Made by a program: the position numbers and the translations under genes. A DNA stretch of 64,000 nucleotides from Felis catus (taxonomy: Eukaryota). Below, in pieces: positions 1 to 11,126 of this stretch. Position 1 is the first letter of the stretch; each line of letters opens with the position of its first letter. Under the pieces are notes generated by a model that did not search any database, was not told the DNA's origin, and saw only the letters and a list, made by a program, of their open reading frames with translations. The DNA lies in the NCBI RefSeq assembly GCF_018350175.1, contig NC_058368.1, forward strand, positions 102,612,001-102,676,000, in the 5' to 3' direction.

Positions 1-220
1 CCATTTTAGTGTAGACATGATGAAGTGGTTACAAAGTGGCCATGGACACTGGCTTGCAATTAATCCTAGCGGATTGATGTTTACACCCAATAACAATCAG
101 CATAATCAGGTCATTTCTATACGAGTTAGATATTTATAGAATTATAGGGTCAGAAATTTATCAATTGTTGATGTATCATTTTAGGAGAAGCTATTTGTGG
201 ACATTCACCAGAGGACCACC

Positions 221-613
221 ATTCATTCATTCCTTCTTTCAACAAATCTTTTTTTGTTTTTAATGTTTATTTATTTTTGAGAGACTGAGCATGAGCGAGA
301 GAGGGGCAGAGAGAGCGAGACACAGAATCTGAAGCAGGTTCCAGGCTCCGAGCTGTCAGCACAGAGCCCGACGAGGGGCTCCAACTCACTGACCGCGAGA
401 TCATGACCTGAGCCGAAGTCGGATGCTTAATTGACTGAGCCCCCCAAATGCCCCTTTCAACAAATCTTGACTGAGCATCTATTGTGTGTCAAGCTCTGTT
501 GTAAGCACCAGCTATATCCGTTATATATAGCAATGTCCCTGCTGTCATGGAATTTATATTCTAGTGAAGCTGAGAAACAATAAGAAAGTAAACAGGTAAA
601 TATATATGATAAT
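221..613 (-). mobile_element. L2 LINE 3' end fragment, interrupted by a CanSINE
   Basis: attcattcattc...aacaaat..gagcatctattgtgtgtcaagctctgttgtaagcac...ccctgctgtcatggaatttatattctag resembles the reverse complement of the L2 3' terminus. Confidence 0.65.
251..454 (-). mobile_element. CanSINE (SINEC_Fc type)
   Basis: Reverse tRNA-like head, (GA)n and T tail; TSD tttcaacaaatctt at 237-250 and 455-468. Confidence 0.95.
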
Positions 614-630
614 TTCAGATAGTAAGAAAT

Positions 631-740
631 TTTTTTTTAGTATATTTTATTTTTAAGTCATCTCCATACCCACTGTGGGGCTCGAACCTACGATCCCCAG
701 ATCAAGAGGTGCCTGTTCTGACTGAGCCAGCCAGGTGCTC
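631..740 (-). mobile_element. Short CanSINE lacking the (CT)n segment (older tRNA-Lys-like form)
   Basis: Reverse complement reads gagcacctggctggctcagtcag...ggttcgagccccac...A-rich tail; 17-bp TSD ttcagatagtaagaaat at 614-630 and 741-757. Confidence 0.85.
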
Positions 741-768
741 TTCAGATAGTAAGAAATGTTATGAAGAA

Positions 769-975
769 GGGGCACCTGGGTGGCTCAGTCAGTTAAGCGT
801 CCGACTTCGGGTCAGGTCATGATCTCACGATTCGTGGGTTCTAGCCCTGCGTCGGGCTCTGTGCTGACAGCTCAGAGCCTGGAGCCTGCTTCGGATTCTG
901 TGTCTCCCTCTCTCTCTGCTCCTCCCCCATTCATGCTCTGACGCTCTCTCAAAAATAAACATTAAAAAAAAAATA
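769..975 (+). mobile_element. CanSINE
   Basis: ggggcacctgggtggctcagtc head, (CT)n, aataaac A tail; degenerate TSD aagaaatgttatgaagaa / aagaaccgttacgaagaa. Confidence 0.95.
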
Positions 976-1705
976 AAGAACCGTTACGAAGAAAATAGAA
1001 GAAAATGGCGTGAGGGAACATGATGTGGGCAGGAGGAATTTTAACTCCCTAACTGCCCCCACTCCATTAAAAACCAACAACGATCTCCTTTCCTGTACAT
1101 GATTCATTCCTCTGAATTCCTCTGAAATAGGCACCAAAAATATGCTTGCTTTAAAGGGAATACTAACATTTGAAATAGAAGCAGCCCCCAGAAAAATCGT
1201 ATCTTGGTTCTGTGGGGCCAAGGGATGCACAAGAAAGGGCTCCCGAGGCATTGTCCACTCCATCATTGGCCATGTGTGGCTGCCTCGTCGGGAGGCAAAA
1301 CAACATTGGAATTCCAATCAGCTATTCAACAAAGAGTAACAATAACTGCTATGGTCTGATTAGTTCCAAATGAAGGCACAGCGCATCAGTTTCCTTTGTT
1401 CCATCACACCCATCGGACGCAGAGATAAAATTCGGCTAAGCTGATAACACAGACTGGCATTCTGAAGTCACCAGGAAGCTCTCCGTATTGTCCGGGTCAT
1501 TTTCATAACGCGGTCCTTTCCTTTTCGTAAGCAAAGAGGCTCCACTAGGGAAGAACGCCTGTGACCTTGTGCACCTATGTTCCTTACAATCAGGGAGCTC
1601 CCTGTATCAGGTTTACCACAGTCTTACTGGTCGCTGTTCTTCTTAGGACAACAGTACCAGCAAGATCAGTCACCTTTGAAAGATTTCACGTATTTACGTG
1701 AAAAC

Positions 1706-1926
1706 AAAAAAATTTTTTTAACACTTATTTGTTTTTGAGAGACAGAGAGGGACAGAGCAGGAGCAAGGGAGGGGCAGAGAGAGAGGGGGAGACAGAGAAT
1801 CCGAAACGGGCTCCGGGCTCTGAGCGGTCAGCACAGAAACCGACGTGGGGCTCGAACCCACAAACCACAAGACCACGACCTGAGCTCAAGTCGAAAGCTA
1901 AACCCACTGGGCCACCCAGGTGCCCC
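1706..1926 (-). mobile_element. CanSINE
   Basis: Ends gccacccaggtgcccc; (GA)n and T tail upstream. Confidence 0.92.
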
Positions 1927-2895
1927 AGGAAAGATTTCATTGAGTTTGTACCCAGACCACATAGACTCTGTGAGGAGACCTGGCCCCCGGTGTGTTTCCT
2001 CAGAACCAGCCCAAGGAACGTATTTTCTCTCAGTCGGTCCAGGGCCCCTGTGGGAGGCAGGCCCCATCAAATGCAGATTGACATCTATTTGTAGCACAAC
2101 TAGAAAAGGCAGTTCCATTCTGAATTATTTAACATGGCAACATTTTGCACATATAAATCATGTCCAGCTTTATTAGATTAGGCCAATTGAAGAAATATAT
2201 ACACCTGCCTGTCATGTAAAGCCCTTCATCTTGGGGAGCCGACTCCCCAGGGGGACATCCCAGGAGGTAAATTGAATACTGAGTGGTTTATCTCGCGATG
2301 TGGCCCGGATGGGAAATTGAAATTCCCGCCCGGACGCCGAATTTCACATCAAAAATGAGAACCCGGCTCATCTCTCTCGGTTACCAGGGTACTAATCACT
2401 CTCAAAACTCGGATTTACACGACCGCGGCCATTCTGTGCCCTTTATGTTGGAGCTGGGCCCTGCCACCGTGATAATGTTCCTCAAGCCCTTTGAGGTCCT
2501 CACGTGAAAGGCGTTTTGCAAACACAAACTATCACTTGCATCCATCAGCCAAGGAGCTTGATATCGTTTCCCTCCATCACTGGGTTTGCCAGAATCGCAC
2601 GGGAGATAGCAAATGGCATACAGTGAGACGGAAAGAACAGAGATTTACAGGGACTGGCTGCTTTTTAATCAGACGAGGCCTGACGATGCAGAGCTGATAG
2701 GCCTGATTTTCCGTTATGAGAAAAGAAAAAAAAAAAAAAATACACCCCGGGTTGTTCTCGTACTCGAGATCTCAGAGAAAAATCTCTTTCATAAAAACAG
2801 GCTGTACCTCAAATGCTCTTCCTAAGTTCAGGGAAATCAAAAATCAGTGCCACATATGGGGACAGCACTGACAAAATGGGATTCTATTCCTGCTC

Positions 2896-2940
2896 CCCGC
2901 CCCCCCCCCCCCCCCCCCCCCCCGCCTCCCCCTCCTCCTT
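2896..2940. repeat. Poly-C tract (G-run on minus strand)
   Basis: Long C homopolymer flanked by ccccg and cctcc. Confidence 0.9.
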
Positions 2941-4534
2941 TTTTTAAGACCTTGTTAAAGGGAGAAACGATGCATTTGAAAAGAAAAACAAGATAAGGAG
3001 ACCCAGTGCCATTACTCTGGATAGCTGAGCGGTGGAGAATGGAAAACCTATTGGTCTCAGTTTTGCTACCACAATGGCCTTTTATGAGCGGGATTAGATA
3101 CGCCGGGAAGTGGGACAGCATTCACTGGTGCCCCCACGACAATCTGGAAAAAGGACGATAAAAATCAGTTTGTCGGAAGGTTAAATCACCCAAGACTTCC
3201 TAGATTGGCTTTTCAGATTGTTTTTCCTTTGGAAAGAAGATGAAACAAGAAAGAAATATGGGCTGAAAGCTGATTCCCCCCACCCCCGCCACCCCCCCCC
3301 CCACCCCCGTCCCTTTTTCCCCCCTTCAGTGCAAGATGTAGCATTCAGAAAACATGTTGAGCCAGTTGAGACATTAAAAAGATCAGTCTCTGGCTGTTGA
3401 ATGAAAGGCTGCTATGCATGTGACTCACATACTAAATGGAAACCTGCCTTCAAAGCCTATTTTACTGCCTAATTATATATACACAAAATGTAGCTGTCTG
3501 TTTCAATCAAATCATAGGAAAAGGAATAAAACTCCTCTAAAGATGCAATTTTCATGGTTTGTCATAACCTTAGAAACACTGCTAATGCAAACGGAGGACG
3601 TACAGCTGCATGGTCCAGATAAGGTTCTAGTAATTGTTTTTTCTTTTAATTATTACTTTATAAAGACATTATACCTCCTACTCCGAAGAAGGAAAATTAG
3701 TGTCCTCTGTCTCCTTTTTTTTTTTTTTTTCCCCTTCCCCTCCTCTCCCATTTTCACACCAGGCTTGTTGATATGCATTTCAGATGTGGCTCGAAGCCAG
3801 TGTAGCTATGGAAATAATATTTAAGTAACCGCCATAACTACAGGCTTGCAGAGGGTTCCAGGGAGGAAGCCTTTTCCAAATTTATGTTTTGAATTGAGTA
3901 GAGGTTTCCAAAGCACAAAACAGAGTGCCAGGGATCAGGATAAAGTGCTTACACCCAAACAAATGTTTGTACTTGGCTTTCACGGAAATAGTTTCTATTC
4001 GTAAGAGTGGACGTATTTATTTTTGAAAATTATTAATTGCATAAACATTTTCATTGTTGTCATCCTCGCTGAAGGACCATGTCATAAAATACACAAAAGG
4101 CTCCCCCCCCCATTTCCTACGCACAGATCTTTCTTGTGCAATAACCCGAAACTGTAAAGTTTAATAAGCCATTACTAATTTACATATTTTCATAGATTCA
4201 AATCATTAAAATGCAATGATATTTTAATGGCTTAATATATATCTAATTGCAGATTAAAACTTTCGAACACTGGAGATGGCAGCGAACGTACCACCACGGG
4301 ATTCCGTGTATCTAATTCAGAAAACATTGGCAGCTACCAGCCTTTCCGAGGGAAACACAGAGTTCGTTACTAGATGAATAAATCGATTATCTTGTAATGT
4401 GCCTCTTTTAAAAAAGTCATCATTGTAAGTATACCCACCACTCTGAATCTCCTCCCATCTACCCCCGTTATATTAATTTGGAACCTGCTGTATTAATCCA
4501 CATAGTAAACAATTTGATTAAGAATTCTACGATG

Positions 4535-4732
4535 AGGGGCGCCTGGGTGGCTCAGTGGGTTAAGTGTTCGACTTCGGCTCCGGTCATGATCTCACGGTTC
4601 GTGAGCTGGAGCCCCAAATTGGGCTCTTTGCTGTCAGTGCAGAGCCCGCTTCAGATCCTCTGTCCCACTCTCTGTCTGTCCCCCCCTGCTCTCTCTCTCA
4701 AAAATAGATATTTAGAAATAAAGACTTAAAAA
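4535..4732 (+). mobile_element. CanSINE
   Basis: ggggcgcctgggtggctcag head; TSD aagaattcta(c/t)gatga. Confidence 0.93.
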
Positions 4733-4822
4733 AGAATTCTATGATGATGAAGCAAAGCTACTTTCAATGATTCTGAGAAATCCTAGAGCATGAGAGATAG
4801 GTAGAAAATCAAAAGCAGGCAA

Positions 4823-4920
4823 GAACTGAATGAACTGATATGAATGAACTGAAATGAACTGATATGAACTGATATGAATGAACTGAAATGAACTGATATG
4901 AATGAACTGAAATGAACTGC
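4823..4920. repeat. Compound minisatellite of tgaactgata / tgaa / tgaactgaaa units (24-bp higher-order unit)
   Basis: Eight TGAACT hexamers start at 4831, 4845, 4855, 4865, 4879, 4889, 4903 and 4913. Confidence 0.9.
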
Positions 4921-4974
4921 TATGAGATTTCATATCCCAAATTCCAAAATGGGAGTTGGGACCTGTTAAAAAAA

Positions 4975-5680
4975 GAATGTCCACGAATGTTCACAGCAGC
5001 CCTATTCACAATAGCCAAAAAGCAGAAACAACTCAAATGTCCATCAACAGACGAATGGATAAACAGATTGGTTACACACCCGTGCACATATAAACACACA
5101 CAGCAGAATATTATTCAGCCACAATAAAGGACAAAGTCCCGATCCATGTTATAAGGCGGATGAATCTCACAACCGTGCTAAGCAAAAAAAGCCAGCTGTG
5201 AAAGGTCATGTACTATATGAATCTATTTACATGAAATATACAGCATAGGTCAATTCATAGACACAGAAAGCAAACAGGTGCTTGTCAGGGGCTGGGGGAA
5301 GAGAGACTGAAATGTAACGATTTAGCGGGTAAGGGGATTGAATTTGGAGTGATGCAAATGTTTTGGCACTGGATAGAGATAGCGCCTAAGCAATACTGTG
5401 GACTGACCACATGTCACTGCGTTATTCACTTTAAAATGGTGAATTTTAGGGCACCCAGTGGGTCGAGTTCCCGACTCTCGCCTTCGGCTCAGGTCATGAT
5501 CTCACAGTCATGAGATCGAGACTCCACTGGGGCTCTGCCCTGAGCGTGGAGCCTGCTTAAGATTCTCTCTCTCTCCCTCTGCTCTTCCTCCCCCATTCAC
5601 AAACGCTCTCTCTCTCTCTCTCTCTCTCTCTCAAAAAAAAGTTAATTTTACGTGTCTTGCACTTCACCTCAATGAAAACA
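4975..5680 (+). mobile_element. L1 (L1MB-like) 3' end, interrupted by a CanSINE
   Basis: atgttcacagcagccctattcacaatagccaaaaag...aaatgtccatcaacagacgaatggataaac, then L1M 3'UTR to cactttaaaatggtgaatttt; resumes at about 5641. Confidence 0.85.
5449..5640 (+). mobile_element. CanSINE (older subfamily) inside L1
   Basis: ggctcaggtcatgatctcacagtcatgagatcgag...gcctgcttaagattctctctc, (CT)n and A tail. Confidence 0.88.
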
Positions 5681-5995
5681 AATTGTGATCACATTATTTA
5701 TCACTCCCTTGACTCATCCATTTACGACTTCAAGGAGCATCTATTTACCATTGATTCTGTGTCAGGCAATGCGGTAGGGGCTAGAGCTGTCGTGTTGAGT
5801 TAGCTAGGCTCGCCTCAGGGACCTTGCGCTCTAGCTGAGGGGCAGAGAAAGCAAGCCAAGTCAATAGTTACAAACAGAGTTACCTGACAGAGTCCGTGGC
5901 ATGGATGTTTTAGCTGCAGGGGTTAATGAAGGCCTTTCTAAGCAGATGACAACTGAGTTCAGTCTTGAAAAACAAGCATACATCAGCGGAAGATG

Positions 5996-6063
5996 GAATT
6001 CTCTCTCTCTGTCCCTCCCCCGCTCGCTCTGTCTCTCTCTCTCTCTCCCTAAATAAATAAATA
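5996..6063 (+). mobile_element. 5'-truncated CanSINE remnant ((CT)n plus tail); tail continues at about 6290-6320
   Basis: ggaattctctctctctgtccctcccccgctcgctctgtctctc...aaataaataaata. Confidence 0.7.
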
Positions 6064-6288
6064 GGGGCGCCTGGGTGGCGCAGTCGGTTAAGCGTCCGAC
6101 TTCAGCCAGGTCACGATCTCGCGGTCCGTGAGTTCGAGCCCCGCGTCAGGCTCTGGGCTGATGGCTCGGAGCCTGGAGCCTGTTTCTGATTCTGTGTCTC
6201 CCTCTCTCTCTGCCCCTCCCCCGTTCATGCTCTGTCTCTCTCTGTCCCAAAAATAAATAAAAACGTTGGAAGAAAAACAAAAAATTTA
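6064..6288 (+). mobile_element. Young CanSINE inserted in the tail of the previous SINE
   Basis: Diagnostic gtggcgcagtcgg...cttcagccaggtcacgatctcgcggtccg; CpGs intact. Confidence 0.96.
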
Positions 6289-6962
6289 AATAAATAAATA
6301 AACTTAAAAAAAAAAAAAAAGGAAAGAAATACATCAGGGGAAGAGCATGACTCAGAGAGAGAAAAATACATACGCCAAGGCAGGAGTTGGTCATTTGGCA
6401 GAAATGAATCCAACCGGTAAAGCGAAATGAGTTCCGGGGAAAAGGACGAGTTGAAACCAAAGACGTAAGCAGGAGCCAGTTTACATAGGATCTCGTAGGT
6501 CATGTTCAGAAACGTAGGTTTTACTCCAGGTGTGTTGGGAAGCTACTGAAGAGGTTTAAGCAGAGAAGTGACAAGCATTTTTCAAAAGATCGTTACTGCG
6601 GACAAATTAAGAACCGATTCGAGAGGAGCAGGGCAGCGGAGGGAGGTGTAGGGATAAACAGACCACGAGTAGCCTGCCGTAGTAGAACAGATACAAGATC
6701 ATGATGGCCTGGACCAGGGTGTGGGCAGAGGAGGCGGAGAGAAATGGACGGATTCAAGATCCACCTTGAAGGTAGAAGAGTCAGAATGTGTACCGAATCA
6801 GGTAGGTAGAAAGTGGGTAACAGCGAAGGGATGACACCTAGTTTTGTCCTGGGCAGCTGGGCAGATACAGGTGCCACTTCCCGGGAAGAGGGCCGTGTTA
6901 GGTTTCTACTGCCACTGTAATAAACAACCAAACACTTAGCAGCTTTGACACAACACAAATCT

Positions 6963-7175
6963 GGCACGCCAGGGTGGCTCAGTGGGGTGAGTGCCGAGCT
7001 CTGTAACTCGGCTCAGGTCACGATCTTGCTGTTCGTGGGTTCGAACCCCGTGTCGGGCTCTGCACTGACAGCACAGAGCCTGCTTGGGATTCTCCCTCTC
7101 TCTCTGCCCCCGTCCTTGACTCATGCGTGTTCTCTCTCTCTCTCTCTCAAGATAAATAAACTTCAAAAAATAAAA
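6963..7175 (+). mobile_element. CanSINE
   Basis: gggtggctcag head, gcctgcttgggattctc, (CT)n, aataaa tail. Confidence 0.9.
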
Positions 7176-7180
7176 CCGAG

Positions 7181-7410
7181 GGGCGCCTGGGTGGCCCGGT
7201 CGGTTAAGCGTCCGGCTCAGGTCATGATCTCACAGTTAGTGAGTTCGAGCCCCACATTGGGCTCTGTGCCGACAGCTCAGAGCCTGGAGCCTGCTTCGGA
7301 TTCTGTGTCTCCCTCTCTCTCTGCCCCTCCCCTGCTCACGCTCCATCTGTCTCTAAATAAATAAATAAATAAATAAATAATAAAACCATTAAAAAAGTAA
7401 AAGAAAAATA
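7181..7410 (+). mobile_element. CanSINE in tandem, in the tail of the previous copy
   Basis: gggcgcctgggtggcccggtcggttaagcgtcc; (aaat)n tail. Confidence 0.93.
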
Positions 7411-7833
7411 AAGCCAACACAAACGTATCATCTTCTTGGATGAGAAGTCTGACATGATTCTTAGGAGGCGCAGATCGGGGGTGGGCAGCACTGTGTCCCT
7501 TTCTAGAGGTTCTAGGGGACAATTTATTTCCTTGCCGGGTCTAGCCTCTAAAGACCCCCCATGCTTCTTGGCTTATTTCATCAGATTTATTTTGCATCTC
7601 TTCCCTCCGAGCTTTCTCTTCTTATTTTGTCTCCCTCTGTCCAGAGCTGAGAAGAGTTCTGTACTTTGAAGGATTCAATTGGGCCCATGTGGATGGTCAC
7701 CTTGCCATGACCTCTAGTTTTCTTTTCCCTTGTTCCTTGTCCTCTCTTCTACCTCCTCCTCCCACTTTTAAGGACGCTTGTGATGACATTGGGTCTCCTC
7801 AGATAATTCCAGATAATCTTTCCATCTCAAGCC

Positions 7834-8041
7834 TTTTTTTTTTTTTTTTTTGAGAGATCGAGAGAGAGAGATCGAGAGAGACACAGCTTGAGCAGGGGAG
7901 AGAGAGAGAGACAGAGAATCTCAGGCACGCCCCATGCTCAGCACAGAGTCCCACAAAGCGTTCGATCCCATGATGCTGAGATCATGACCTGAGCCAAATC
8001 AAGAGTCGGATGCTCAGATGACTGAGCCCCCCGGGCGCCCC
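7834..8041 (-). mobile_element. CanSINE
   Basis: Poly-T, (GA)n, gagatcatgacctgagccaaatcaagagtcgg...gggcgcccc. Confidence 0.9.
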
Positions 8042-8162
8042 TGAAGGTCTTTAATCTTCCTCGCATCTGCAAATTTTCTTTGGCCACGGAAGAGAACATA
8101 GTCGCAGGTTGCAGGCATTGTGTGTGCACATCTTGGAGAGAGCAAGAATTCTTCTTACCACA

Positions 8163-8810
8163 GGGGTAACTAGGAGAAGACAAGGTTTAAGATGGTAAGT
8201 AGAGATTTAACTCTGAGATGACTGGGAGATACCCAGTGTGGATACTGGAAGTCCAGTTATTCTAAAGTTCAGGAGAGCCGTCTTGGCTAATAGGTAGAAA
8301 TGTACAAGCAGTGGTACATAAAACCACGGCACCAGGTATGACTGATTGCCCAGAAAGAGAAGGAGATAGAGAAGAAGGTCTAGAATCAAGCCCCAAGACG
8401 CACTCTGGCGTCTAGAATTTGGGAGTGGGAGGTGGGCAGAAACAGAGTAAGAGGCAGGTGGGGAATCAGGAGGAAAACCATCAAAGAACATGGTATCTTG
8501 GAAACTAACAGAAGAAGAAAAGCATGTTACTAATCTTCATGTGGTAGAGAGAGAGGATAAGTCCGAGAAGCAACCTTGGAATCTGGCAATATGGCAACCA
8601 CCGGTCAGCTTGCCCAAAGAGGTTTCCACGGTGTCAGACTGAACATGAGGCGAGAAAACAGAAATCATGAGATTAGGTAGTGTTTTGAGAAAGTGTGGTT
8701 CTGAAAGACAAGAGGAAACTGGGGCACCATTTTGGGAGGCATTGGTAAAAGTAAAGGGGAGTTGTCTTGTGGTCGTTAGTTTCCTTGTTTTTTCAGTAAG
8801 ATTGAATATA
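8163..8810 (-). mobile_element. L2 LINE fragment (continuation)
   Basis: Purine-rich L2-like sequence: gggagatacccagtgtggat...ggaaaaccatcaaagaacatggtatcttggaa...ggcaaccaccggtca. Confidence 0.55.
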
Positions 8811-8814
8811 CCGG

Positions 8815-8842
8815 CTTGGTGCTTCTCAAAATGTGGTCCCCA

Positions 8843-8873
<31 letters not shown>

Positions 8874-9019
8874 TGGGAACTTGCTAGAAATGCAAGTTTT
8901 TGACGCCTGCTCCAGATCCAGTGAACGGGAAGTTCTGGGGGGCAAGACACGGCAATCTGTGTTTTAATGAGCCCTTCGGTGCTTCTGACACAAAAATCAG
9001 GTTTGAGACCCAATACTGC
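8815..9019. mobile_element. MER5A-like hAT DNA transposon
   Basis: gtgcttctcaaaatgtggtccccagaccagcagc...ctgggaacttgctagaaatgca...aatctgtgttttaa...tttgagacc. Confidence 0.85.
8846..8872. repeat. (CAG)9 microsatellite
   Basis: Nine uninterrupted CAG units inside MER5A. Confidence 0.95.
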
Positions 9020-9154
9020 AGTGGTGATGGCTCTCATCTAATGAAGAAGGAGGACCGACGTTACACAAGGCGGGGGGAACGCTTGAAGTTTGCAAAACGA
9101 TACAAGGGTGAGACGTCAGTCAAATTAGGGGTGTTTTCCCCTGGACACATCCTC

Positions 9155-9345
9155 TTTTCTTTTTTTTTTAATGTTTATTTATTTAGTTTTGAGAGAGAGA
9201 GAGAGAGAAGGAGGGAGAAACCAAAGCAAGCTCTGTACTCTCAGCGCACAGCCCGACGCAAGGTTCGATCCCATGAACCTTGACATCATGACTTGAGCCG
9301 AAACCAAGAGTCGGATGCTTAACTGACTGAACTACCCAGGTGCCC
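9155..9345 (-). mobile_element. CanSINE
   Basis: T tail, (GA)n, ends acccaggtgccc; TSD-like ac(a/g)tcctctttt. Confidence 0.9.
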
Positions 9346-9862
9346 TGTAACGTCCTCTTTTTTAAGAGCTAAGGTAAAGAAGATGGGTCCAATTGGAGGT
9401 AAGCCTGAAGGTCAGACAACAAGATGATAGAAGCAAGCCATGACCCATTAATTTCTTTTTATTAAAAAAAGGGGGGGGGTTGACTAAATAGGCAGATATA
9501 AAATAGAGTCTACAAACATTTGATATCTGAATTTTAGGAAGACATATGACAAACTGTCAATTAGCTGCTGAGAAAGAATGGAGACCTAAAAATTGGGGAA
9601 CAGGAGAGCTGAAGGTGGCGGTTAAGCACCGAGGGGGATTTCTAGCAGTAGAATAGTGGCAGGTCTCCATAGAAGGATTTCTCTGCCCGACCCATTTTAC
9701 CCTCTACGTTGCTGAAGGCAAAGGAAGTGTGCAAATCAAATCTGAACGTGGTATAAAACTGGGAAGTCCACGAATGTACTGGAGGACATCATGTAGATTT
9801 AGAACAATGTTGACAAAATAGAACGATGAGCCAGAAACCGAAGCTAAAAGTGAACAAGGACA

Positions 9863-10075
9863 GGGCACCTGGGCGGTTCAGTTGGTTAAGCCTCCGGCTC
9901 TTGAGGGCAGCTCAAGTCATGACCTCACAGTTCGTGAGATCAGGACCCATGTCAGGCTCTGTAATGACAGAACAGAGCTGGCTTGGGATTCTCTCTCTCC
10001 CTCACACTTTCCCTGTCCCTCCCCTGCTCATGCTCACTTGCTCTCTCTCTCTAAATAAGTAAATAAACTTAAAAA
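9863..10075 (+). mobile_element. CanSINE
   Basis: gggcacctggg head; TSD aaaagtgaacaaggaca. Confidence 0.92.
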
Positions 10076-10552
10076 AAAGTGAACAAGGACAACACGTATG
10101 TATTTATAGTATTTTAAAGATTGTTTCTAGGGACAGTTTTGGGATGGGATAGGACTGAGATTTGGATTGACAGAAGTTGGTAGGAGAAAACCCTAGGAAT
10201 TTTAGTTACCTCCAAGTTCCATACGAGCCAAGTAACTCAGTCTTAGCTTCCATTAATAAAAGTGAAGTAACCAGATCAAAAGATGCTTCTACTCTTCCCG
10301 AATTGCCACCGAGTCTACCAGGGGGAATTGTATACAGAACAAGAGGACACCCAGGACTAGAGGACATCACGCATCAACATATGAGCGCACAGAGAAGTCT
10401 GGAAGTCTTATTGTAAGCGGAATCTTCAAGTTACGTGAACTACGGTGAATCACGCAGCACGTATTTCTTGAGCCAGACAAAGCTCTGGGCGATGGTGACA
10501 GAGTAGAAAAGAAAAAACAAAAAAGAAAGAATAAGGAATTAATCCAGTTAAG

Positions 10553-10773
10553 TTTATTTATTTATTTCGAAAGAGAGAGAGAGAGAGAGAGCGCGCATTA
10601 GGGAAGCACAGAAAAAGAGAGAGAGAGAGAGAAAGGGAGAGAGAGAATCCAAAGCAGGCTCCACACTGTCAGGGAAGAGCCTGACGCAGGGCTCGAACTC
10701 ACGAACCATGCGATCATGACCCAAACGGAAATCGAGAGTCGGACGTTTAACCAACTGAGCCACCCAGGTGCCC
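10553..10773 (-). mobile_element. CanSINE
   Basis: (GA)n; ends gagccacccaggtgccc. Confidence 0.92.
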
Positions 10774-11126
10774 TTGGACTAAGTCCTTATTCTGTCCCAT
10801 GGTACTTATAATCTAGTGGATAGATGAAAACGGATCAAAAACAATAAGCTAACTAAATAAAACAGATCACTTTAAATACTGATCATTCCCTAAACAAATT
10901 TAGATGATGTCACTCAACTTGTACGTGATGTATCAGTAAGTGCCCACTGCTGGTTGAGACCTATAAACTGAGAATTCAGAACCCTCCATGATGAGATATG
11001 AATTTACCTTACCCTACAGTCTTTCCATTTCTTGGCCCTTTTTTTTTTTTGTAGATCCAGCCACCAGAAAGGAGGGAGTAAGTTCAGTTTTTACAATGAT
11101 ATGATATTCCATGTATTATTGTCCCC

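Larger units (their letters stand above)
5710..6890 (-). mobile_element. L2 LINE fragments, interrupted by CanSINEs
   Basis: L2-type motifs: tgtgtcaggc, gaaggcctttctaagcagatgac, gggaagctactgaagaggtttaagcagagaagtgac, gatggcctggaccaggg. Confidence 0.65.
6896..8162 (-). mobile_element. MLT1 (ERVL-MaLR) LTR, interrupted by three CanSINEs
   Basis: tgttaggtttctactgccactgtaataaacaaccaaacacttagcagct...gaagtctgacatg...gaggttctaggggacaat...ataatctttccatctcaag...accaca, resembling MLT1 consensus. Confidence 0.75.

Noticed and set aside
631..740. tRNA-Lys-like sequence
   Set aside because: It has an A-rich tail, a 17-bp TSD and degenerate stems, so it is a SINE and not a tRNA gene; the same applies to all SINE heads
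2283..2450. Small CpG-rich patch with tctcgcga and a GC box
   Set aside because: Too short to be a CpG island and the motif is incomplete; insufficient support for a promoter
2837..3121. ORF with a poly-Gly run
   Set aside because: Produced by a C homopolymer; no coding context
4823..4920. CRISPR-like repeat array
   Set aside because: No unique spacers, eukaryotic context and no cas genes: a simple minisatellite
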